DNA of 64,000 nt from Bacteroidota bacterium (GTDB taxonomy: Bacteria > Bacteroidota > JABWAT01). Every line of letters begins with the position of its first letter. The stretch's first letter is position 1. Made by a program: the position numbers and the translations under genes. Positions 56,432-64,000 of this stretch are shown here, piece by piece. The stretch is from the NCBI GenBank assembly GCA_020161835.1, contig JAIUNL010000008.1, forward strand, positions 84,552-148,551, read 5' to 3'. The notes under the pieces are model-generated. The model was not told where the DNA came from. It made no database searches and worked only from the letters and a program-made list of their open reading frames with translations.

Positions 56432-57463
56432 TTAACTTTTCCACTTTGGTCTAAGAACCTGCAAAAATACGGATAAAAATGGAAGTAGAAAATGATAGGG
56501 TAAGGCAAAAAGAGATATCCGGGTGATGGAAGACACAAATAAACCCAGTTCGGACAATAAACGTCTACTTTGGGCTGTAATAAAAATTACACTTGCAAAA
56601 ATAAAAGAAGAACCTATTACCACTGATTGAAATGAATCCAGGTAAATAGAACCCATTAAAAATACGATTGATGCTGGAAACCAAAGGTCATAAAAAGCTA
56701 GCAAAATAAGGATTTTAACGGGGTATTTACTGCCCGCCTTGTAGTGACGTGCCTTTTGGTTGATAAGATCCTTCCAACTCTTTTTTGTTCCGGTAGTTGC
56801 AGCATTTAATTTGAGCAACGCCACTTTCGGGTTATTTGAAAGCAATTTTTGGAAAAGCAGATCATCGTCACCCGATTTGATCATGGCGTGTGACTCAAGA
56901 TACTCCTTTTGGAATAAATTCTTTTTGAATCCCCAATTCCGTCCGACAGACATGTATGGACAACTAAATTGATAAAAGTAAGTATATTTTATGGCTGTGA
57001 ATAAAGCATCCATCCATTGCAGTTCCTGTAAAAACCCTGAATTCGGTTCAAAATCGGGCAAACTATAACCGGCAATAACCTCAGATTGATTGAATTGTGA
57101 CCGGTACTCGGAGAAGAAAGAAACTGGAAGGATACAATCGGCATCAGTAAAAACAAGATTCTGATTAGCTGCATGGGAAATGCCAAGAAAAACGGCCCAT
57201 TTTTTGGGTGATTCTGGCCACTCAGTTTCAGTTATAATGATTTTTCGAATTGGGAGGATGGATGAAAACCTGTCAGCAATCTGTTCAGATTGATCTGTAC
57301 ACCGGTCAAGAATAATCAGGATTTCGTCATCCTTACCGGGTTTAATGGACTCTAAGAGTACAGGAAGATTATTTTCCTCGTTGTGAACGCAAACAATAAG
57401 AGAAATGGGTTGATTCATTAGACAATTGACAAAGTATAAGTAAAAGCGTATTTTAGTTGCCAT
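56432..57463 (-). CDS. glycosyltransferase family 2; the start may alternatively be Met16 at 57418
   Basis: 343 aa with the GT2 motifs ISLIVCVHNEENNL, DRCTDQS, FTDADCILP, SGDDDLLFQKL. The QxxRW position is degenerate (QKARHY). C-terminal TM helices are present. Confidence 0.7.
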   Translation of the reverse strand: MATKIRFYLYFVNCLMNQPISLIVCVHNEENNLPVLLESIKPGKDDEILIILDRCTDQSEQIADRFSSILPIRKIIITETEWPESPKKWAVFLGISHAANQNLVFTDADCILPVSFFSEYRSQFNQSEVIAGYSLPDFEPNSGFLQELQWMDALFTAIKYTYFYQFSCPYMSVGRNWGFKKNLFQKEYLESHAMIKSGDDDLLFQKLLSNNPKVALLKLNAATTGTKKSWKDLINQKARHYKAGSKYPVKILILLAFYDLWFPASIVFLMGSIYLDSFQSVVIGSSFIFASVIFITAQSRRLLSELGLFVSSITRISLFALPYHFLLPFLSVFLQVLRPKWKS

Positions 57464-57465
57464 AA

Positions 57466-57498
57466 AACCTGGTGAGGTGTCATCAGGTTTTTTTTATT
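57466..57498 (+). terminator. hairpin plus T-tract in the greA 5' leader (attenuator or leader terminator candidate)
   Basis: A stem AACCTGGTGA / TCATCAGGTT (10 bp with one G-U, loop GGTG) is followed by T8-A-T5. It ends about 25 nt before the greA ATG. Confidence 0.4.
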
Positions 57499-57523
57499 TT
57501 TAAAAAGGCGCATCAGAGGAAAC

Positions 57524-58003
57524 ATGTCAAACGAAACGATCTATCTTACCCTGGAAGGCAGGGGACGACTTGAAAAAGAACTTCGGGAACTAAAAACGAG
57601 TGGCCGTAAAGATATGGCATCAAGAATTGCCGAAGCCCGTTCCCATGGTGACTTAAAAGAAAATGCTGAATATGATGCAGCCAAAGAAGCACAGGGTCAT
57701 TTGGAAATGCGGATTGCCAAGCTGGAAGAAACACTTTCAAAGTCCAGAATTCTGGATACCTCGAATTTGGACCTTACAAAAGTTACTGTTCTCAGCACAG
57801 TGAAAGTTGCTAACTCTAAGACAAACAAGGAGTTCAATTATACTCTGGTTTCTGAAGAAGAAGCTGATCTGGCAAATGGTAAGATTTCTACTCTTTCTCC
57901 TATCGGAAGGGCATTACTGGGTCATTCAATTGGTGATTTGGTTGAAATTAAAGTCCCCGCTGGTTTATTGACTCTGAAAGTCCTCGACATTACCCGCCAA
58001 TAA
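57524..58003 (+). CDS. greA: transcription elongation factor GreA
   Basis: 159 aa. The N-terminal coiled-coil carries the acidic tip (HGDLKENAEYDAAKE), and the C-terminal FKBP-like domain is present. Confidence 0.9.
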   Translation: MSNETIYLTLEGRGRLEKELRELKTSGRKDMASRIAEARSHGDLKENAEYDAAKEAQGHLEMRIAKLEETLSKSRILDTSNLDLTKVTVLSTVKVANSKTNKEFNYTLVSEEEADLANGKISTLSPIGRALLGHSIGDLVEIKVPAGLLTLKVLDITRQ

Positions 58004-58015
58004 TCTTTTTTTGGA

Positions 58016-58050
58016 GATCTGGTTTTCAGATCTCCATCTCTTCTCTTTCT
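58016..58050 (+). terminator. possible terminator after greA
   Basis: Hairpin GGAGATCTG-gtttt-CAGATCTCC followed by a pyrimidine/T-rich tract. The U-run is weak. Confidence 0.35.
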
Positions 58051-58051
58051 T

Positions 58052-59167
58052 TCAATCCCAGTTAAACATCCGGGTCACTTTTTTCCCTTCTATATCAGAC
58101 TTAAAGAGTTTATTTTCAAGCTGAAAAATTTGGTCTTTACCTGCGACCATCAAACCCTTAATCTGAAAAACGATCTCTTTTGAATTAAGAAACTGCGGAT
58201 AAAGAAGTGATTTATCTTTCACTTCAATTTGGTTGAATGCCAATGTATTTACATCAACAATAAAAATACTTTGGCGAATATAACCGGATGGAAACTCACC
58301 TACTCTGGCAGTTACTGCAACAGATTTCCCGTCATCACTGATATCAAATGTACTTTCTTCATCATTTTCAATTTTAAACGCTGAAAAGATATTTCGGGTA
58401 GAGTTTGATTTCGGATCAAAACCAACCAAAGCCCCATTATCCAAATAAATAAGTTCACCGCTTGCCGGGTTAACTCTTGGTTTTAAACCTCTTACCAGTT
58501 TGCGTAACTGATTTTTGGCAAAATCATATTGAAAAATAAAATCGCCATCTTTTTTCAGATAGGTATTGTAAAAAATACTGTTTCCGTCAGCAGACCATGC
58601 CGGATTTGAATGCCCTCTGATTACGGTATAATCCTCATTCTCAGTAAGGGTGTACGTATCGGTGGCTTTTGTTTCAAGATTATATACTTTTACAACTGAA
58701 TTTGGGGTATTGATGAGACCCGATTCTTCACCATAGAGCAATTTTTTTCCATCCTGCGACCAGGAACACAAAAAATACGGATCTGCATTGGTTGTAACGG
58801 TGGTAACTTCCTTATTCCAGAGATTTTGAATGTAAATACCGTTTTTACGATTTCTGAATGAATAAAAAAGAAGCCAGTTTCCGGTTGGGTCAATTGCGCT
58901 GTTTGGCGGAACAACACTAAAAGTTGATTTTCTGTCATCTGTCAGGTTGTACATCAGATCTTCTTTAATACTGTACATCAGAATATCATACTCACTCGGG
59001 AATCCGGCAACTGTTTCCTGCATCACGATATAATCTTCATTGCTTGTATTGAACGGGAGGGAAACACGACCGGCAACAATGTAAGGTTTATAGGGTAACC
59101 TTGTTTGAGCAAAGGTCAGGCTTACACCTGAAATTGCTAAGAGTGCAAGTAACCAATACTTTTGCAT
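58052..59167 (-). CDS. secreted beta-propeller (TolB/PD40-like) repeat protein
   Basis: 371 aa with a signal peptide (...LTFAQT) and repeated strands rich in W/Y/D/G consistent with a WD40- or PD40-type propeller. No specific family was recognised. Confidence 0.4.
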   Translation of the reverse strand: MQKYWLLALLAISGVSLTFAQTRLPYKPYIVAGRVSLPFNTSNEDYIVMQETVAGFPSEYDILMYSIKEDLMYNLTDDRKSTFSVVPPNSAIDPTGNWLLFYSFRNRKNGIYIQNLWNKEVTTVTTNADPYFLCSWSQDGKKLLYGEESGLINTPNSVVKVYNLETKATDTYTLTENEDYTVIRGHSNPAWSADGNSIFYNTYLKKDGDFIFQYDFAKNQLRKLVRGLKPRVNPASGELIYLDNGALVGFDPKSNSTRNIFSAFKIENDEESTFDISDDGKSVAVTARVGEFPSGYIRQSIFIVDVNTLAFNQIEVKDKSLLYPQFLNSKEIVFQIKGLMVAGKDQIFQLENKLFKSDIEGKKVTRMFNWD

Positions 59168-59169
59168 AA

Positions 59170-60429
59170 TTGAAATCCTTAAATAGAAAGCACACGGGGT
59201 TGAAACAAACTTTTTCAGTTGAGTATTTTACAGATGAAAAGAATTTTTCTCTGCTTGCTGATTTACCCTGGCACCTTGATCTTGAAGACTGGCATCAGGT
59301 TCAAAGAATCAAAGAACTTAATATCCGGAAAGGGAATCATCGCCATCCCGTAAAGTTTATAGACCATTATCATAAATATTTGGCTATAAAGCAAATCCCG
59401 GCTCATCTGGCTGAGAAGGAAATCAGGTTTTATGATCAATTGAACCGGCTCGGAATTGCAACTTTGACCTCACTCGGCTGGGTAAAAGTCAACCGGCCCC
59501 CGGTAAGAATGAATGATGTGATCGGACAACCCTTAATACAGAATGATACCGGATTTTTGGTTACCAACCTTCAGCGTGATGTTATTCCTGATAAAGACCT
59601 GCTTGGTTATGGTCTCAGCAAGGTTAACGAACAGAAAGTATGGAATTCTATTATTCAGTTATTTGTGGATCTGCATGCAAATAACATCTATTGGGGCGAT
59701 GCAAGTCTGAATAATGTTCTGATCCGGTTTAAAAAAGTTAGATATCCAAGTTCTGCAAGAAACCTTACTATTCTTGAAGGAATTTTGGTTGATACTGAAA
59801 CTATGGAAGAATTTCCGGCAATTTCGGATGAAAGAAGGATGGAAGACTGGGATCTGTTTTTTGAATCACTTGAATGGACACTTGAAGATTTGAATCATGC
59901 GGGTGTGAAAAAAAATATCAACATCCATAAATTAAAAAAAGACATGCTTAAAAAGTATGATCACTGGCTTAAAATAACCAGAGACCGCCAGAAATTTGAA
60001 GAAGTTACCCATTTACAAACTCCTGCCTTTGAACTTGAGTGGATGCCGGAAGGATCTTTTCAGGTTTTTCTTAAACAGGTTGAGGAACACAAGTGGTATT
60101 TGAGTGAGAAAAAGGGGAAGCCGGTGCCTTTGAATGAAGCTGCAGTTAACTGGTACCAAAAGGTATTTTTGCCCACCACAGCACAACTGGCAACACCTGA
60201 AATTGAAGAATTATTTCCGCAGAGAACGCCAACCCAGCTTTTTGTGGAAATTATGAACCACAAATATTTTCTGAGTTTGCAAAAAGGCAGTGATGTGGGA
60301 ACAGGACCTGCTATCCGGGATTATGTTCAGCGATTCGGCCATTTTGATGAGGCCAAACCACTTCTTAAGAAATTCATGTCAAAAATGGAAGGACAGCTTT
60401 CAGGTTACCTTCAACGTGAAAAAACGTAA
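59170..60429 (+). CDS. protein-kinase-fold protein of the Kdo/WaaP/RIO-like lipopolysaccharide-kinase type; possible TTG start
   Basis: 419 aa. LHANNIYWGDASLNNVLI matches the catalytic-loop pattern lH..g..HGDl...NiL. The ORF only opens with TTG at 59170, and the first in-frame ATG is at about residue 113. Confidence 0.4.
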   Translation: MKSLNRKHTGLKQTFSVEYFTDEKNFSLLADLPWHLDLEDWHQVQRIKELNIRKGNHRHPVKFIDHYHKYLAIKQIPAHLAEKEIRFYDQLNRLGIATLTSLGWVKVNRPPVRMNDVIGQPLIQNDTGFLVTNLQRDVIPDKDLLGYGLSKVNEQKVWNSIIQLFVDLHANNIYWGDASLNNVLIRFKKVRYPSSARNLTILEGILVDTETMEEFPAISDERRMEDWDLFFESLEWTLEDLNHAGVKKNINIHKLKKDMLKKYDHWLKITRDRQKFEEVTHLQTPAFELEWMPEGSFQVFLKQVEEHKWYLSEKKGKPVPLNEAAVNWYQKVFLPTTAQLATPEIEELFPQRTPTQLFVEIMNHKYFLSLQKGSDVGTGPAIRDYVQRFGHFDEAKPLLKKFMSKMEGQLSGYLQREKT

Positions 60430-60881
60430 GGAACCTTAATGGTCTGATTTGCAGATTTGGGTGCAATCTTAGAAAATTTCCACAATTTGATTCGGGTCGA
60501 CAGTGATTTCACAAAAGCCGGATTCTTAAGTTTTGACTGAATAGTTTTTACATTAGTCACTTTACCATCTGGGTTAATGGTAACCAAAAACTCAACTTTT
60601 CCTGACAGATTCGGGTCACGCTGTTTATAAGATTCAAAAAGCAACCTGATGTCCTGATCATTCAATGCAACAACCTGACTAAGTTCATTGGCATCCCGCT
60701 GGGTAACGGTCTGACCTTTTTTATCCTTTTTAGGTTTGGTTTTTGACGGATCTGGCAAGGTTTCTTTACCAGGAACGGGTTTGGGCTGGCTTAATGGCGG
60801 GGCTTTTAATTGTGCAAAAACAGAAGAAAACCCGAACAAAATCAAAACAGTTAAAATGGGTGCCTTCATCATCATCTTCAT
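60411..60881 (-). CDS. periplasmic TonB-C-terminal-domain-like protein
   Basis: 156 aa with a signal peptide, a Pro/Lys-rich linker, and the C-terminal GKVEFLVTINPDGKVTNVKTIQSKL...FVKSLSTRIKLWKF resembling the TonB_C fold motif. Confidence 0.45.
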   Translation of the reverse strand: MKMMMKAPILTVLILFGFSSVFAQLKAPPLSQPKPVPGKETLPDPSKTKPKKDKKGQTVTQRDANELSQVVALNDQDIRLLFESYKQRDPNLSGKVEFLVTINPDGKVTNVKTIQSKLKNPAFVKSLSTRIKLWKFSKIAPKSANQTIKVPYVFSR

Positions 60882-62512
60882 TTCTTTTCCTCTGCCCGGT
60901 TTGATTTGTTTAGGATTGAAGGACGGAAGATATGAAACACAGGTTCAGTTGTCACCTGACTGTACAGGTCTTTTATCCAGTCCGGACCATATTTGACAAG
61001 AAAATACAAGCCGGAAACAGACCGTTCCTGCCATTTTTCTTCGGGCATCAAACTTGAATCCAATCTTTTCATTTGCCCAAAGGCTACTTCCTGAGATTTT
61101 TTCACAGACTTTTCAAGTCTTGAAAAGAATTGCTCAACCGATTGTACCGTTCTGGCGTTTAGTCCGTTCCAGGTATCTTCCAGGGTTGAATCAATTGATT
61201 TTATCATCGGAAGGTGACCGCCGAAAAGGGAATTGAGATCCTTTTTTATCTTTTCGAATTCAACATCGGTATCAATTCCGCTCAGTTTTTTAAGTTCACT
61301 TTCACTCCAGTCCGGATTATTCATGATCTCCTCAGGAGTTTTCCTGAATTTTTCAAGCAACCTCTGAATGGCAGGTTCGACAAAAACACCAGATGTTCTT
61401 GGGATGCATAAAGGCATCACAGTTTCAGTTTCGTTATAGGCCAGTTTTAACTGTCCCCAATAGCTGAACTCGCCAGGACCTAAAATCACCCCAACTGTTG
61501 GTAAAACCGTATCCTGAAATAATGGACGTGTCACAACATTCGGACTAACAGATCCCGGATTTTCATTTATCAGACTGATGACTTGCTCAATTGTGTACGT
61601 TTCATCTGTACCGGCAAGTTTTAATTTTCTATCTGGCACAAGTTCCAGACCCAATCTTTTCCCGTTTCTGATCATGAAAAGATTTACGGTTCTGGGAGTT
61701 AACTGAACTGGAATTGACCTTTCAACCATCGATCTGGTTTGAACAGAAACACTTTTTCCTGCAAGTTGTGACGTTAGCTCTTTTGTAAAAAGCGGGAGAG
61801 CCAATTTTTTGATTTCTGGATCTGATGGATTTAAAACCAGCAACCCATAATCGGCAAACCAGTCTCTGATCAAGGCCAGAAAAGCTGTTGCGTAAGAATC
61901 ACCAGGTTTATATGACGTTTTTAGTTTTTCAACCATATCCGCTTTAAAATCAGTTTCAGGCAATTGAGAATTGACCTGATCCAGAAATTCAGTAAACGAG
62001 GCGGGAATTTTCCTTGCCGAAATCTGAAAATAGGCTTCATTCTCAGATTCCTGAAAAAGCAATGCCGGTTTCTCAGGTTGTTGGTAAACAGCAATTTCCC
62101 TGAAGTCATGATCTTCAACTTCCAGCCAAAAAACAGGAACAAAATTTGTGTCTGGATGGCGGATAGCCAGCTCTTCAGCCCACTTAATTGCGGAAAGGGT
62201 TTTGACCAGCGTGTATAACGGACCGCCAAAAAAACCAGCCTGCTGACCGGTTACAATTACGACAGTATTACTTTCAGCCAGTTGCTCAAGATTATAATCT
62301 GTTTTTGCTGAAATTCCTGAATTCTGCCGTACCATTGCAGAGTGAAGAGCTTTTCTTGTTTCGGTAGGAAACGCCAGTCTTTTTTGAATGACAGATTCCC
62401 AGTCCTTTTCACTTTGAAAATGTCCGGGATACAGGTCAATAATTTCCTTTTCCTGATTCAAATAACGTGAAAGCAGGTGCTCAGAGGGAAACAGATCAGT
62501 TAACGGGGTCAA
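60878..62512 (-). CDS. bshC: bacillithiol biosynthesis cysteine-adding enzyme BshC
   Basis: 544 aa. VVIVTGQQAGFFGGPLYTLVKTLSAIKWAEELA matches the BshC (YllA) hallmark GQQ.G.F.GP.Y...K. The length also fits. Confidence 0.7.
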   Translation of the reverse strand: MTPLTDLFPSEHLLSRYLNQEKEIIDLYPGHFQSEKDWESVIQKRLAFPTETRKALHSAMVRQNSGISAKTDYNLEQLAESNTVVIVTGQQAGFFGGPLYTLVKTLSAIKWAEELAIRHPDTNFVPVFWLEVEDHDFREIAVYQQPEKPALLFQESENEAYFQISARKIPASFTEFLDQVNSQLPETDFKADMVEKLKTSYKPGDSYATAFLALIRDWFADYGLLVLNPSDPEIKKLALPLFTKELTSQLAGKSVSVQTRSMVERSIPVQLTPRTVNLFMIRNGKRLGLELVPDRKLKLAGTDETYTIEQVISLINENPGSVSPNVVTRPLFQDTVLPTVGVILGPGEFSYWGQLKLAYNETETVMPLCIPRTSGVFVEPAIQRLLEKFRKTPEEIMNNPDWSESELKKLSGIDTDVEFEKIKKDLNSLFGGHLPMIKSIDSTLEDTWNGLNARTVQSVEQFFSRLEKSVKKSQEVAFGQMKRLDSSLMPEEKWQERSVSGLYFLVKYGPDWIKDLYSQVTTEPVFHIFRPSILNKSNRAEEKK

Positions 62513-63153
62513 AATCGGATTCTCCGTGGTGCGGGTTTGAGGTCTTCCCGGCCTTTTAATTTGGTTTTTAAACCTGAAAGTTCTGTTGGCGTCAGTTCTC
62601 TGACTTCACCGGGTTTTAATCCCGTAAGAAAAAGGTTTTCAATCCGGGTTCTGACCAATCGTAACGTTGGAAAACAACAGGCGGCTGTCATTTTTCGAAC
62701 CTGACGGTTTTTACCTTCCTTCAAGATTACTTTTATCCAGGTATCCGGAATGGTGAGTCTGACACGAATTGGCGGATTTCTTTCCGGAAAATCTGGTATA
62801 ACAGTTAAAATTTCTGCTGCTGCCGGTCTGCATTTTTCAGTTCCCAGTGTAATTCCGGAACGAAACGGCTGCAGATCAGGATAGGTCGGTGAACCTTCAA
62901 CCTGAACCCAATACTCACGTTCATGTCCGAATTCAGGATCAAGCAACAAATGTGTGATTTCTTTGTCATTGGTAAGCAGAAGAAGTCCTTCGCTGTCTTT
63001 GTCAAGCCGGCCAACCGGATAAACATCAGAAGGGAAAGAAAAATTCAAATCCTTCAGGCAAGTTCCTGAACCTTCCTTTGAAAATTGGGACAGCATGTTG
63101 AACGGTTTATAAATGAGATAATATTTTTTTGACATAATCAGGAAAAAACCCAA
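62509..63153 (-). CDS. rluE: RsuA-family rRNA pseudouridine synthase without an S4 domain (RluE-like); the start may be Met7 at 63135
   Basis: GRLDKDSEGLLLLTND is the catalytic motif of the RsuA/RluB/RluE/RluF family. At about 208 aa with no S4 domain it most resembles RluE. Confidence 0.7.
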   Translation of the reverse strand: MGFFLIMSKKYYLIYKPFNMLSQFSKEGSGTCLKDLNFSFPSDVYPVGRLDKDSEGLLLLTNDKEITHLLLDPEFGHEREYWVQVEGSPTYPDLQPFRSGITLGTEKCRPAAAEILTVIPDFPERNPPIRVRLTIPDTWIKVILKEGKNRQVRKMTAACCFPTLRLVRTRIENLFLTGLKPGEVRELTPTELSGLKTKLKGREDLKPAPRRIRF

Positions 63154-63674
63154 TAACAGATGATAATACTTGCAATGATACCAGCCAGATCTGCAAGGAG
63201 ACCAGCCGGAATGGAATGACGGAATTTTTTTATCCCGACAGATCCGAAATAAACGGCAATAACATAAAAAGTGGTTTCAGTCGAGCCCATGATGGTGGCA
63301 GCCATTTTGACTATCAACGAATCTGGACCATGGGTTTTTATCAGATCGGTTAGAATGGCGAGTGATCCGCTGCCGGAAAGAGGTCTCATCAACGCCAAAG
63401 GAAGCAGATCAGAAGGGAAGCCAACAAAATCAAGAGCCGGTGATGCCCATTGTGTAATCAGATCCATCGCACCTGAGGCCCGGAACATGCCGATGGCAAC
63501 GAGCATAGCAACCAGGTAGGGTATTATTTTAACTGCAACATTAAATCCTTCCTTGGCGCCTTCAACAAATTCTTCATAAACCGGAACACGGGCTTTGATG
63601 ACTGCGTAAAGCGGAATTCCAACGATGATTACAGGAATCGCCCATTCAGAAACGGTTTTAAGGAAGTCGATCAT
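63138..63674 (-). CDS. spmB: SpmB-like nucleoside-recognition (Gate) domain membrane protein
   Basis: 178 aa with 4-5 TM helices. It has SpmB-like segments (ALMRPLSGSGSLAI, TETTFYVIAVYFGSVGI). Confidence 0.65.
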   Translation of the reverse strand: MIDFLKTVSEWAIPVIIVGIPLYAVIKARVPVYEEFVEGAKEGFNVAVKIIPYLVAMLVAIGMFRASGAMDLITQWASPALDFVGFPSDLLPLALMRPLSGSGSLAILTDLIKTHGPDSLIVKMAATIMGSTETTFYVIAVYFGSVGIKKFRHSIPAGLLADLAGIIASIIICYWVFS

Positions 63675-64000
63675 ACAGTCTCTTCCTTATCCTTCATGAA
63701 AACTTCGAGGCCTTTTACTGCAATAATCGCTGTGAGTGTGGAAAATATGGTGGCGATAAGTGCCGTTATGATAATATCCGTGGGTGACGTTGCACCTGAT
63801 GCGACCAGAATTGCAATTACTGTTGCAGGAACCAGGGTAACTGAACTTGTATTCAAAGCGAGAAACATGACCATTGCATTGGTCGCCCGTTCCTTGATTT
63901 TGTTTAACGACTGAAGTTCTTCCATGGCTTTTAAACCGAGCGGAGTTGCAGCATTATTCAATCCCAGCATATTAGCTGAAAGATTCATGACAATAGCTCC
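63671..64000 (-). CDS. spmA: SpmA-like nucleoside-recognition domain membrane protein; partial, the 5' end is beyond the window
   Basis: The reading frame stays open upstream of the Met at 63988 to the window end. It carries TM helices with Gate-domain composition and overlaps spmB by 4 nt. Confidence 0.55.
   Translation of the reverse strand, partial: GAIVMNLSANMLGLNNAATPLGLKAMEELQSLNKIKERATNAMVMFLALNTSSVTLVPATVIAILVASGATSPTDIIITALIATIFSTLTAIIAVKGLEVFMKDKEETV

Noticed and set aside
57466-57498. Hairpin plus T8 as the terminator of an upstream plus-strand gene
   Set aside because: There is no plus-strand gene upstream. The flanking genes are divergent, so it is reported as a leader element of greA instead.
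1-64000. CRISPR arrays, rRNA or tRNA genes, integrases/transposases and restriction-modification or other defence genes
   Set aside because: I scanned the intergenic regions (6781-7039, 9223-9407, 15874-16008, 21637-21803, 25934-26168, 39063-39441, 41470-41714, 47194-47286, 50939-51114). None shows regularly spaced direct repeats, tRNA cloverleaf hallmarks (no GTTC-loop/acceptor pairing), or rRNA-like conservation. No recombinase-like ORFs are present. The window looks like core chromosome with small accessory insertions rather than a mobile island.

Overview
The window is a 64 kb chromosomal segment, roughly 40% GC by eye, and looks like an FCB-group bacterium (Bacteroidota/Ignavibacteriota/Chlorobiota-like). 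Lineage cues are T9SS C-terminal sorting domains, 'two-component propeller + Y_Y_Y' sensor kinases, bshC, and a DGGGPS-like UbiA prenyltransferase. Most of it is densely packed housekeeping, with many 1-4 nt ATGA-type overlaps. It opens with the conserved thrS(partial)-infC(AUU start)-rpmI-rplT-pheS-pheT block, followed by a translationally coupled coiled-coil/ZapA pair. Other housekeeping genes include folD, ymdB, aroE, pgeF, tnaA-like, glgX, rlmD, deoC, uvrB, mlaEFD, carA, lipB, miaE, greA, bshC and rluE-like. The last 500 bp are only partly resolved: spmB plus a partial spmA. I found no rRNA or tRNA genes and no CRISPR array. I would prioritise three regions. First, a six-gene minus-strand operon (51517-57463) encoding three membrane GT2 glycosyltransferases, a cytoplasmic NodB-type deacetylase, an MprF-like flippase domain protein and a radical SAM enzyme; this looks like an undescribed membrane amino-glycolipid or lipo-oligosaccharide pathway. 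Second, a tandemly duplicated two-gene cassette (32161-34386) pairing an outer-membrane beta-barrel with a roughly 100-aa lipoprotein that is little more than a T9SS-CTD-like domain. Third, a MITE-like nested-palindrome element with 14-bp terminal inverted repeats between pgeF and tnaA (25966-26157). Smaller observations include a 259-nt noncoding gap downstream of zapA (candidate sRNA/6S by synteny), two convergent orphan propeller histidine kinases, an 8-4-8 palindrome upstream of uvrB, a yqjD/yqjE/yqjK-like membrane triad, and a hairpin/T-tract in the greA leader. All calls come from reading the translations and sequence by eye. No database searches were run.
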